Positions 34,353 to 42,584 of a stretch of 43,227 nucleotides of DNA are shown here, piece by piece. Under the pieces are notes generated by a model. It was not told the origin of the DNA and made no database searches. It saw only the letters and a list, made by a program, of their open reading frames with translations. The position numbers and the translations under genes are program-made. The stretch comes from a virus (taxonomy: Duplodnaviria; Caudoviricetes): IMG/VR virus record IMGVR_UViG_3300024275_000012, positions 1 through 43,227 of that record; one strand, given 5' to 3'. Position 1 is the first letter of the stretch. Each line of letters opens with the position of its first letter.

Positions 34353-34532
34353 TCACGCCACCTCGACCAGCGCCCCTTGCGCCGCCATCCACTCCTCGAC
34401 GAGCAGCCGATACAGGGCCCGCTCCGCCTGCGTCCACCCACGCCCGGACGCCCCACGCACGACAGCCCGAATCGCCGCATTCACCACGGCAGCAGGACGT
34501 GCCGGGCCAGCAGCCGGGGAGGTGGGGGACAT
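34353..34532 (-). CDS. Small hypothetical protein
   Basis: AAVVNAAIR...YRLLVEEW motif; -10 TATCCT 6 nt upstream. Confidence 0.6.
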   Translation of the reverse strand: MSPTSPAAGPARPAAVVNAAIRAVVRGASGRGWTQAERALYRLLVEEWMAAQGALVEVA

Positions 34533-34562
34533 GCACCCAGGATATCGGCGCACACCCCCGGC

Positions 34563-35318
34563 TCACTCATCCAGATCGATGACGAAATCCACGAGCGTGG
34601 TGTCCCCGCGGCGCACGATCGGGTGCGCAACCTCGACGACCCGCCCGGTGTCGGCGATGTGCCGGCGCGTGTAGCGCAGCACAGGGATCCCGGAACCGAT
34701 CCGCAATGTCGCCGCCTCCACCTCGGTCGGCATGCCCGCGGTGAAGGACTCGGTGATGCGGACGACGCGGATGCCGAGCGTCGCCAACTGCGCGCGGGTG
34801 CCGCCGGCCCAGGGCTCATGGATGGGGTCGGCGACCGGGGTCCCGCCGACGTCTGACCAGCGGACGTAGGACGTGGACATCTGGGTGGGCTGACCGTTGT
34901 CGTGGAACACGAAGTGTCTGGCGAGGAGTTCCAAGCCGGGCTCAGCCTCGAACAGCGCGGCAACTTCAGCGTCTGCAACTACGCGCTCGAACCGCTTGTC
35001 GAGCCGGTACTCAGCCCACTCGATGTTCTGGTCCCGGGTGTACGGGGTCGCTTTCCGGCCTGGCACGGTCCGGTAGCGGTCGGCAGCCATGCGGTGGATC
35101 GGCGGTCTGGGCCGAACTCGGGTGCCTGCTCGGGCTCGTGTCTCGATGAGTCCCTCGCCTGCGAGGAGGCGGAGTGCGGAGCGGATGGTGGTCTCTGACA
35201 CGCCGTAGTGGGCGCAGAGTTCGGTGAGGGTGGGGATTTGGTCGCCGGGCCCGTATTCGCCTGAGGTGATGCGGGTGCGCAGGTGGGCGGCGATCCGCAG
35301 GTATTCGGGCTGTGCCAC
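34563..35318 (-). CDS. GntR family regulator with UTRA domain (HutC/KorSA-like)
   Basis: YLRIAAHLRTRITSGEYGPGDQIPTLTELCAHYGVSETTIRSAL wHTH plus UTRA-like C-terminus; GAGGAGG RBS. Confidence 0.9.
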   Translation of the reverse strand: MAQPEYLRIAAHLRTRITSGEYGPGDQIPTLTELCAHYGVSETTIRSALRLLAGEGLIETRARAGTRVRPRPPIHRMAADRYRTVPGRKATPYTRDQNIEWAEYRLDKRFERVVADAEVAALFEAEPGLELLARHFVFHDNGQPTQMSTSYVRWSDVGGTPVADPIHEPWAGGTRAQLATLGIRVVRITESFTAGMPTEVEAATLRIGSGIPVLRYTRRHIADTGRVVEVAHPIVRRGDTTLVDFVIDLDE

Positions 35319-35344
35319 GACCGCACGCCTCCTCGTGATCGTTT

Positions 35345-35435
35345 CAATCTGAGTACACATAGTGCCCTCGACTCCTTGACTGATGCCAACCTCCGCGACA
35401 ATCTGAGTACAGATAAGCAGTACCTGTACTCGGAT
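35345..35435. promoter_or_regulatory. GntR operator repeats in a divergent promoter region
   Basis: CAATCTGAGTACA at 35345 and 35399; inverted TGTACTCGGAT at 35425; TTGACT at 35376. Confidence 0.7.
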
Positions 35436-35459
35436 AGCTACTGGTCGTGAGGGACAGCC

Positions 35460-35795
35460 GTGTCCGAATCCGGAAGATCATGGACGAGGGCCTTCAAAGG
35501 CCACGCAGTTGAAGCCGCCCACGTCCGCCACTGGATACGGGAACGCGCCTCACACCCGGACGCCCCCCAGGTCGCACACGAGTTATTCGTGGCCGTCCTC
35601 GGAGCAGGACCCGAGGTCATCGAAATGACCATCTCCACCGCCGGGCCCCGGCTGAAGCTCACCGCCACCGGCACAGACCCGCTCCCACTGCTCCACAGCC
35701 ACGGCCCTGGCTGGCGCATCATCCACGGCCTCGCCTGCACGCACGGCCAAACCGACGACAAACACGGCCTGTGGGCGCAGTTGGAGGATCAGTGA
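35460..35795 (+). CDS. Degenerate HATPase_c / RsbW-like protein with a TTA codon
   Basis: VAHELFVAVL (N-box lacking Asn), GPGWRII (G2-like), GLWAQL end; in-frame TTA at 35583. Confidence 0.6.
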   Translation: MSESGRSWTRAFKGHAVEAAHVRHWIRERASHPDAPQVAHELFVAVLGAGPEVIEMTISTAGPRLKLTATGTDPLPLLHSHGPGWRIIHGLACTHGQTDDKHGLWAQLEDQ

Positions 35796-35998
35796 CGACC
35801 TCCGACGAGTGCGGCATCAGGGAGCACGCCTGGTGTGCAGGTACCCGGGCGTACCGACGCAAGGGCGCGCCCGCGTGGGAGGCGCCGCTGATGGCCGTGC
35901 ACTGCGACTGCGCATGCCACGGCCGCCCCAAGACTCCCGCCCCGCCACGGCAACGACGCCCCGGGACGGGTGAACAACCGAGGCCAGGAACCACCTGA
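35792..35998 (+). CDS. Small Cys/His protein
   Basis: GTGA coupling; C..EH.WC and CDCACH. Confidence 0.6.
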   Translation: MTTSDECGIREHAWCAGTRAYRRKGAPAWEAPLMAVHCDCACHGRPKTPAPPRQRRPGTGEQPRPGTT

Positions 35999-36024
35999 CC
36001 TCACGGTCACAAAGGAGTGATCCC

Positions 36025-36144
36025 ATGCTCGAAGACGCCCTTACCCAGGCATTACTCGCCGTCGGCGGTGGAGACGAGGACGACGGCAAGGGCGGCAACC
36101 CGCCCACGGGCGACAGCGATGACGGCCGCGACTACAGCGCCTGA
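36025..36144 (+). CDS. 39-aa acidic Gly/Asp-rich peptide with a TTA codon
   Basis: AAAGGAG RBS; MLEDALTQALLAVGGGDEDDGKGGNPPTGDSDDGRDYSA; TTA at 36052. Confidence 0.6.
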   Translation: MLEDALTQALLAVGGGDEDDGKGGNPPTGDSDDGRDYSA

Positions 36145-36222
36145 CGTCGACCAGATCCCGCAGTAGCACGTCGGCCCTCGCCCTACAGTGGCGGGGGCCG
36201 ACCCCGGAGAAAGGCAGCGAGG

Positions 36223-36681
36223 ATGGCAAAGGACATGCAGGGGCGCGGGCGGGTCACGATCTTCCCGTTCCTTCACGACTGGGAGACCAGCAGCAGGTGC
36301 GTCCTCGCCTACACCACCACGGACGGCGGGCTCACCGCCGTCCTCGGCGTGATCCCCATCGAGGGCAACGTGCACGAGCCGGGCGACCTGTTCGCCCTGG
36401 CCGCACGGCACGGATTCGTCGGCGAGTGGAAGGGCGCAGACGAGCAGCGGGCTGCATGCTGGCTCGCCTGCACCGGCTTCAGCTCCCGCACCATCCTCAA
36501 GCCCGGCACGATCGACGTCCCCTCGGCGGACTGGTCGCTCGACATGGCACGGGCCGCCGACCTGGCCAGCCCCTACTACGGGCATCACCGCGTAGTGGCC
36601 GGCCGGTTCACCGTCGCCGATGAGGAGCTGGCGGACCGGGCGCGAGCCTTGATCTCGGGCGTGCTCGTCGCGGCAGCCTGA
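36223..36681 (+). CDS. Hypothetical protein
   Basis: GAAAGG RBS, typical codon usage, 152 aa. Confidence 0.7.
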   Translation: MAKDMQGRGRVTIFPFLHDWETSSRCVLAYTTTDGGLTAVLGVIPIEGNVHEPGDLFALAARHGFVGEWKGADEQRAACWLACTGFSSRTILKPGTIDVPSADWSLDMARAADLASPYYGHHRVVAGRFTVADEELADRARALISGVLVAAA

Positions 36682-36915
36682 CCCGAACCCGTTCCCTACG
36701 TCAGAGGCCCGCCACCGTCGCTACGCCAGTGCGCCGGCGGCGGGCTCGTCTGTGTGGCGGGAAGACGACATGGCGCAAGTTGGACACGTGATCGCTTGCT
36801 GCTGGCGGGGCGACCCACCCAAGATGATCTACCGGCCGGACAGGATGCCCGACTGCTCGATCTTGCCTCTGCGGCAAGGGATTTGCGTTCTGGACCATCC
36901 GGTCTTAATGATCGG

Positions 36916-37149
36916 CTACCGGAACAGGTCAGAGGGCGGAATGTCGAGGGCGTGAGCGATGAGCAGCAAGTGATCAACGCTGGTCGCGTGGGCGCCCTGC
37001 TCGATCCGGTTGATCGTCTTACGGTCGAGTCCGGTCGCTTCCGCAAGCGCTTCCTGCGTCAGTTTGCGGCCGGTACGGGCAGCCCGGATACGGTCCCCGA
37101 TGGCGCGGCGGGCGACGGGCACCCACTCGGGCAGGGGGTCGGCTGGCAC
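36916..37149 (-). CDS. XRE family HTH regulator
   Basis: IGDRIRAAR...LTQEALAEATGLDRKTINRIEQG. Confidence 0.9.
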   Translation of the reverse strand: MPADPLPEWVPVARRAIGDRIRAARTGRKLTQEALAEATGLDRKTINRIEQGAHATSVDHLLLIAHALDIPPSDLFR

Positions 37150-37170
37150 TTGTCCACGCTGACCGCGGAC

Positions 37171-37213
37171 GTGATCATTGTCTGTACCACTGTTGGTACA
37201 TTCGCTTGATCAC
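37171..37213. promoter_or_regulatory. Nested inverted repeat (XRE operator or attP candidate)
   Basis: GTGATCA-N5-TGTACCA-CTGT-TGGTACA-N6-TGATCAC. Confidence 0.5.
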
Positions 37214-37384
37214 TTCCCGGCCAGAAGGCCACCCCCGAACGGGGGCGGTAATTACTCGGAGGCGGCGGTGTCATGCGCGTTGCATAGATCAACACCCGCG
37301 CCGATCATTACGTGCACAACACATGATCTTCACTTAATCCACATACGGCCGCGCGCTGGCGGCACCACACGCACAGGGATCCAC

Positions 37385-37612
37385 ATGCACGAGCAGCCCC
37401 CCACCCCCGAGCGCCCCGAACTCACCGCCCTCCAGCTCGCCCGCCTCGACTACGCACGCCGCGACCTCGAATCCGCACGCGCCGAAGACCTCACCCAACT
37501 CCCCGCGGACGGACTGATCCTGCTCGTCGCCCGCCTCTGCACCCGCCTCGACGACACGCTCTGCCTCGTCAGGGAGATCTCCCCGCCCCGGCCGCCCGCC
37601 GCGCACCCATAG
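37385..37612 (+). CDS. Small helical hypothetical protein upstream of the integrase
   Basis: AGGGA RBS, ATG at 37385. Confidence 0.6.
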   Translation: MHEQPPTPERPELTALQLARLDYARRDLESARAEDLTQLPADGLILLVARLCTRLDDTLCLVREISPPRPPAAHP

Positions 37613-37685
37613 CTCGGGTACCGGTAATCACGATTGTGGGGCGACAAACCTGGTTAGGGACACCAGAAGCGGCTAGCATTCCCGC

Positions 37686-39332
37686 ATGCCGTATGCGCCC
37701 GAATACCTGCACCTCGTCATCCCCGGCCCCCGCTTCGAAGCCTGGCTCTACGGCCGCAACAGCGAGAACGAGTTCGCCGGCGTCGCAGGGGTACGAGACT
37801 CCGTAGACGACCAACTGGACACCGGGCGCGAGCTCTGCCACCGCCACGACTGGCTCATCGTCGGCGAGTTCAAAGACTCCGACCTCTCCGCCAGCCGCCA
37901 CGCGAAGAAGATCCGCGGAAACTACGAGGACCTCATCGCCGCCATCCTCAACGACCCCGCTCCTCCCGGCGTCCGCCGCATTGTCGTCGCCTACGAGGCC
38001 TCCCGCTACTACCGCGACCTCGACGCCTACCTCCGCCTCCGCAAAGCGTGCATGGCCCGCGACGTCCTGCTCTGCTACAACGGCCAGGTCTACGACCTCA
38101 GCAGGCGCGACGACCGCAAGGCCACCGCCCAGCACGCCATCGATGCCGAGGACGAAGCTGACGCCATCCAGGACCGCAACCTGCGCACAGCCGTGCGGCA
38201 GGCCAGCGCAGGAAAGCCGCACGGTCGGCTCCCGTTCGGGTATGCCCGCGAGTATGCGCACGTCGGTGGGCGTCAGCGGTGTATCCGCCAGTATGAGCAC
38301 CCCGTGCAAGGACCCATCATTCTGAAGGCGTTCCAGCACATCGACTCGGGCAAGAGCGTGCGGTCGCTGCTGCTGTGGATGAACGCAACCCCGGAAGCGG
38401 CCCGCCCGGACGGGGCTGCGTGGAGCTTCAGCACGATCCGCGCGCTGCTCACGAACCGCGCCTACCTCGGGGAGCGCGCACACCAGGGCTCGTACACCAA
38501 GGCCACGTGGGACCCGATCCTCGGGCTGGAGACACCGCAGGGCAGGGCCATGTTCAACCGGGTCTCGGCAAAGATGACGGACCCGAACCGCCGAACGAAT
38601 CGCGGCACCGAGGTGTCGCATCTGCTGACGTACCTGGCGCTGTGCGGCGAGTGCGGGGATCACGCGATGCTGTGCGCCCAGTCCCGTCCGGACCGCGTCC
38701 ATGTGAATCTGGCCTGCGAGCCGCTTCGGCACATCTCTATGGCCGAGCCCGTGATGAATGCCTTCGTCGAGGAGGCACTGCTCGCTTGGTTCGCCGACAA
38801 GCCGGTTGCTCGCGCCGCCCTGTTCCCGACCGCCGAGAACGTCACCGAGAAGGTGGATGTGGCGCAGCGGCTCGTGAGCGCCTACGAGGAGCAGCTGGCG
38901 GAGGCTCGGATGCTGGCGCGCACAGTCAACCCGGCGACGGGGCGGATGCGACTGTCGGCGACGTCGCTCGCGGATCTGGAAGAGCAGGTCCAGCCGCTAC
39001 TGGAGGCGGAGCGGAAGAAGTTGCGGGACATTACCGGGGTGTCGCCGCTGGTGGCGCAGATGCTGGAGTCACAGGACCCGGAGGCAATGTGGAACGGGCG
39101 TCCCGCGACGGACACGGAGCCTGAGCTCCCGGGGCTGACGCTCGAACAGAAGCGGGAGATCATCCGGAAGGTGGTGACGGTCCGGCTGTACAGGGCGCCG
39201 AAGCTGGGGAGGAACCGGGCGGATGTCTCGCGCATCCGGCTTGCGTTCGTGGGTGAGCCGGGGTTCAGGGACCGACCGCACCGTGTTCGTGTGCCCGCTC
39301 CCGCTTCGGTTCCTGGCGAGGGAACTGGATGA
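37686..39332 (+). CDS. int: Large serine recombinase (integrase)
   Basis: YGRNS catalytic motif, DSDLSAS, YEASRYYR, GKPHGRLPFGY, LLTNRAYLG, zinc ribbon CGECG, coiled coil. Confidence 0.92.
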   Translation: MPYAPEYLHLVIPGPRFEAWLYGRNSENEFAGVAGVRDSVDDQLDTGRELCHRHDWLIVGEFKDSDLSASRHAKKIRGNYEDLIAAILNDPAPPGVRRIVVAYEASRYYRDLDAYLRLRKACMARDVLLCYNGQVYDLSRRDDRKATAQHAIDAEDEADAIQDRNLRTAVRQASAGKPHGRLPFGYAREYAHVGGRQRCIRQYEHPVQGPIILKAFQHIDSGKSVRSLLLWMNATPEAARPDGAAWSFSTIRALLTNRAYLGERAHQGSYTKATWDPILGLETPQGRAMFNRVSAKMTDPNRRTNRGTEVSHLLTYLALCGECGDHAMLCAQSRPDRVHVNLACEPLRHISMAEPVMNAFVEEALLAWFADKPVARAALFPTAENVTEKVDVAQRLVSAYEEQLAEARMLARTVNPATGRMRLSATSLADLEEQVQPLLEAERKKLRDITGVSPLVAQMLESQDPEAMWNGRPATDTEPELPGLTLEQKREIIRKVVTVRLYRAPKLGRNRADVSRIRLAFVGEPGFRDRPHRVRVPAPASVPGEGTG

Positions 39333-39804
39333 GGTTGCCAGCCTGGCGCTCGGGCGGGCGAACCTTGCCGCCCACCATCCAGGTGGCGAGGATCTCCATC
39401 GCGTTGTTCGACAGCTCGGCGCGGGCGTCCTCGAATTCGTCTTCCATGGCCTGCCGTTCGGCCTTGAGGCGCCGCGTGTCGGCGGCCCGGTCGGCGGCAA
39501 GGTCTCGGTAGAGGCGGGCCTGCTCGTTCTCCAGGGCCGCTTTCGCGGCGGTGTAGGTGGCGCGCTCTGTCTGGGCTAGGCGCTGGGCGGCGGCAAGGGC
39601 CTGGCGTTCGAGCCTGGTGTCGGTGACCCAGCGGTGGATTACGGCCAGGATGATGATGGTGAGCGCGATCATGCTGAGGACGACTCCGGCGAGCGAGTGG
39701 GAGGCCTGATCGCGCCACACACCGTGAAGGGTAAGCCCGAGGCCTCCGAGCATCACCCCTGCCGCTGCCGCCGCTGTGGCTCGTGCGCCGCTCGTAAGAT
39801 CCAT
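39265..39804 (-). CDS. Two-TM coiled-coil membrane protein downstream of the repressor
   Basis: Two hydrophobic helices then a long coiled coil; starts 14 bp after the repressor stop. Confidence 0.7.
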   Translation of the reverse strand: MDLTSGARATAAAAAGVMLGGLGLTLHGVWRDQASHSLAGVVLSMIALTIIILAVIHRWVTDTRLERQALAAAQRLAQTERATYTAAKAALENEQARLYRDLAADRAADTRRLKAERQAMEDEFEDARAELSNNAMEILATWMVGGKVRPPERQAGNLIQFPRQEPKRERAHEHGAVGP

Positions 39805-39818
39805 CAGGCACCCCCGCA

Positions 39819-40268
39819 TCACATCTGTGCTGCCGTCCCTCCCCGGTCGGAGCGATCGGCGGCATCGTCTGATTCCAGACGCTTCAGACGCTCGATGGTG
39901 GCGTAGAAAAGCTCGCGCCCCACGTCGTCGTTGATGCCGAGACGGTCAGCCGCCTCTTCCGGGGTGAGTGCTGACTGTACCTGCGATCGGTCAGTTTCGG
40001 ACAGTGACTGAAGCGATTCATGTGACAGAACCCCACCCTCCACTAGGAGGGTGCCCAGCTCGATGCCGGTGGCTTGACTGATTGCGTCGTAGAACCGGGC
40101 GTCGGGTACGGCGCTTCCTTGCCACATGCGGGTGACGCTGCTCTCGGTCATGCCGGTTTCGCGGGCGAAGCGGGCCTTCGCGCCGAAACCGGTGTAGCCG
40201 GCGCGCTCGGCCGCTGGCACAACGAGGGCCGCGAACTTTTGCGCGCGCGTGGGGGTCGCATCCGTCAT
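39819..40268 (-). CDS. Immunity repressor (XRE/cI-like HTH)
   Basis: ARFARETGMTESSVTRMWQGSAVPD HTH; divergent from Cro-like gene, next to the integrase. Confidence 0.8.
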   Translation of the reverse strand: MTDATPTRAQKFAALVVPAAERAGYTGFGAKARFARETGMTESSVTRMWQGSAVPDARFYDAISQATGIELGTLLVEGGVLSHESLQSLSETDRSQVQSALTPEEAADRLGINDDVGRELFYATIERLKRLESDDAADRSDRGGTAAQM

Positions 40269-40283
40269 GTTCGCGGACTCTAC

Positions 40284-40472
40284 CTCCCTACATAGGGAGA
40301 TAGCCAGAAACCTGCTTGCCCGCAAGGGTCTCGATTAGGCCACTGACCTGCATCAACACAGTTCACTCACGTTTTCGAATGCATATTCGAACCCAATTGG
40401 GTCGAACCGACCTCACATTCTTGCTTGCGCGCAAGGGTGGTTGATGGCAGAGTCTTCCTCGTGAGCAAGGAA
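40284..40472. promoter_or_regulatory. Lysis-lysogeny switch operators
   Basis: TGCTTGC(C/G)CGCAAGGGT at 40313 and 40422; palindrome CTCCCTA-CA-TAGGGAG at 40284; related TTCCT..GCAAGGAA at 40455. Confidence 0.7.
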
Positions 40473-40526
40473 TCCCCTTCCACCAGCGACGACCCATGCC
40501 ACAGAGCCCCCGAGGGAGGTGACTAC

Positions 40527-40751
40527 GTGTTCCGCCTCGACATCCCCAAGCTCCTCGAAGCGGCCAAGCAGCACGGCGACAACCACAACGCCGCCATCGC
40601 CCGACGGACCGGTATCGCCGAATCGTCCGTCTCGCGGATCCTCCGCGGCGAGGCCCAGCCCGACCTGAACTCGGCCATGCGATTCGCCGAGCAGTACGAC
40701 CTCGACCTCCGCCGCGTCATCAAGCGCGTCCCCATCGAGGTCGCCGCATGA
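40527..40751 (+). CDS. Cro-like XRE HTH protein
   Basis: AIARRTGIAESSVSRILRGEAQPD; GGGAGG RBS. Confidence 0.85.
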   Translation: MFRLDIPKLLEAAKQHGDNHNAAIARRTGIAESSVSRILRGEAQPDLNSAMRFAEQYDLDLRRVIKRVPIEVAA

Positions 40752-40939
40752 CCCGCGAGGAACGCCTCGCGATCCTCGGCCCCGAGACCGTCGCCGCGAT
40801 CCATGAACGGGTCGCACTGGCCCCGGACCCCAGCCCCGAGCTCGTCGAAGAGCTCCGCCGGATCTGGACGAACCCCGGCGGTGCGATCCCGAAGACCCGG
40901 CCGGCCATCAGCGCCGAGCCCCCGGCTGACGCCGCCTGA
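40748..40939 (+). CDS. Small hypothetical protein
   Basis: ATGA coupling to the Cro-like gene. Confidence 0.65.
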   Translation: MTREERLAILGPETVAAIHERVALAPDPSPELVEELRRIWTNPGGAIPKTRPAISAEPPADAA

Positions 40940-41035
40940 CCCGCCAAACGCCGAAGGGCCGTCCCGACTGCCAGGCCCGGACGACCCCACGACTCGGCGA
41001 CCACCCCACTCAACACAGAAAGCGAGGCAACCGCC

Positions 41036-41302
41036 TTGACTACATCCTTCCAGACCCCGAGCGCGACGCCACACGTCGTCGCTCTTCACAAAGCGCCGCT
41101 GCCGCAGACGGAGTTCGTCGACCGTAACGGCAACGTGTGGGTGGCGGACCGGCACAACGCCCGCGGCGAGTTGGTGCTCGCGTGCCCGAACCCGGTGGAC
41201 CCGGAGGACGCGGGTGAGGGCGAGTCGTACCCGTGGACGTTGCACGAGGTGCAGACCGCGTTCGGTCCGCTGATCGCCCGCTCGAAGCAGGTGGCGGCGT
41301 GA
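41036..41302 (+). CDS. Hypothetical phage protein (phiSA1p31-related pattern)
   Basis: DRNGNVW...L..V...FGPL pattern recalled for this family; not verified by search. Confidence 0.55.
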   Translation: MTTSFQTPSATPHVVALHKAPLPQTEFVDRNGNVWVADRHNARGELVLACPNPVDPEDAGEGESYPWTLHEVQTAFGPLIARSKQVAA

Positions 41303-42069
41303 GCGCCCCGGAGTCGCGTGACCCGCTGGTGGTGAACACCCAGGACGGGTCGTGCTGGACGCGGCGTGCGGTGTCCCGGTCGGGGCGTGGGTTGTACGCG
41401 CTGGCGGCTGTGCAGGGCGAGGTGCCGGACATGGTGCTGGCGACGCTGGCGGAGTTGGCGGAGCACGGCCTGTCGTCGATGTCGATGCACGCGCTGCCGG
41501 TGCCGGTTGGTTCGGAGCCGCAGGCGCTGAGCGCCGAGCGCCTGGACGAGATCTTGTCCTGCCAGCCCGATGGCTGGCTGGAGGCGCCGTGGATGTTCGC
41601 GCATGTGGAGACCGACGGTGATGAGCCGGCGTACATCCGAGTGTTCGAGGTTGCGTCGGGGACGACGGTGGCGACGTTGCCGGACTGGGCGGGGAATCTG
41701 GCGATGTGGATCGCGGATGCGCGTGAGGCGATGCCGGAGTTGCTGTCCGAGGTGGGCCGTCTGCGGGCTCGGGTTGCCGAGTTGGAGGCGGAGCGGCACA
41801 CCACGAACGAGGCGTTGGACGACGCGGTGCAGGAGCTGCGGGCCCGCCGTCCGGAGGACCCGTGCCGTCCGTGTGGTTGCCCGAAGCGATTCGGTCGGCA
41901 CGCCTGGGGCTGCCCCACGCTGGCCGCCGAGGCGGACGGGATCACGCGGCAGATCACGCCGACGCAGGCCCTGCGGGTGAATCACTCCGCGTGGGAGGAC
42001 CCGCACGACTCGCCGCTGCACCACACCTACCTGATGGGCCGGGACCTGCCCGCGCCGGGCGGTGCGTGA
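41299..42069 (+). CDS. Hypothetical phage protein
   Basis: GTGA coupling; LRARVAELE coiled coil; DSPLHHTYxxGRDLP end. Confidence 0.7.
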   Translation: MSAPESRDPLVVNTQDGSCWTRRAVSRSGRGLYALAAVQGEVPDMVLATLAELAEHGLSSMSMHALPVPVGSEPQALSAERLDEILSCQPDGWLEAPWMFAHVETDGDEPAYIRVFEVASGTTVATLPDWAGNLAMWIADAREAMPELLSEVGRLRARVAELEAERHTTNEALDDAVQELRARRPEDPCRPCGCPKRFGRHAWGCPTLAAEADGITRQITPTQALRVNHSAWEDPHDSPLHHTYLMGRDLPAPGGA

Positions 42070-42584
42070 TGCGCGAACTGTCCGTGCCGGAGCTGCTGTT
42101 CTTGGCCCTTGGCGTCGCCGGGTTCATCGTGTGCGGCTGCTGCCTGGTCTACGGGATCGCGGATGCCGAGCCGCCGGTTTCGGTGCGCTACCTGCCGGTG
42201 GACGCCTGTCGCGCGGTGGCCGTGTCGCTGGCCGCGCTGCTCCTCCCCCTCTTCCTTCTGCCTCGGAGGCACCCCGATGACCGACGTCCTGCCGCGCCCG
42301 TGCGCGGAGTGCCCGGAGCCCGCACTGCCGAACCGGGCGTACTGCTCGACCCGCTGCCGGAATGCGGCGGACTGTCACGACGACCTGGACGGGGACCTGT
42401 GATGCACGACGACCACGAGCCGGAGCTGGACGACGAGGGGTTCGACGACGCGGATGAGGCGTCGCTCGCGGACACCGGTCGGCCGTGGGGCGCGCGGGTG
42501 ATCAAGCACCCGTCGCACGCCGCGACCCGCGCGCACTTCGCCGCCAACCCGCTGCCGCAGCAGCCGGATCGGAGGGCCTCGTGA
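42069..42584 (+). CDS. Membrane protein reading in frame into an acidic protein (internal ATG 42402)
   Basis: TGATG coupling at 42069, two TM segments, no stop before 42584. Confidence 0.45.
   Translation: MRELSVPELLFLALGVAGFIVCGCCLVYGIADAEPPVSVRYLPVDACRAVAVSLAALLLPLFLLPRRHPDDRRPAAPVRGVPGARTAEPGVLLDPLPECGGLSRRPGRGPVMHDDHEPELDDEGFDDADEASLADTGRPWGARVIKHPSHAATRAHFAANPLPQQPDRRAS
42277..42402 (+). CDS. Small zinc-ribbon protein (41 aa)
   Basis: GGAGG RBS; CAEC...YCSTRC. Confidence 0.55.
   Translation: MTDVLPRPCAECPEPALPNRAYCSTRCRNAADCHDDLDGDL

Noticed and set aside
36025-36144. Arbitrium-type AimP peptide
   Set aside because: No basic signal-peptide N-region and no TPR/RRNPP receptor nearby
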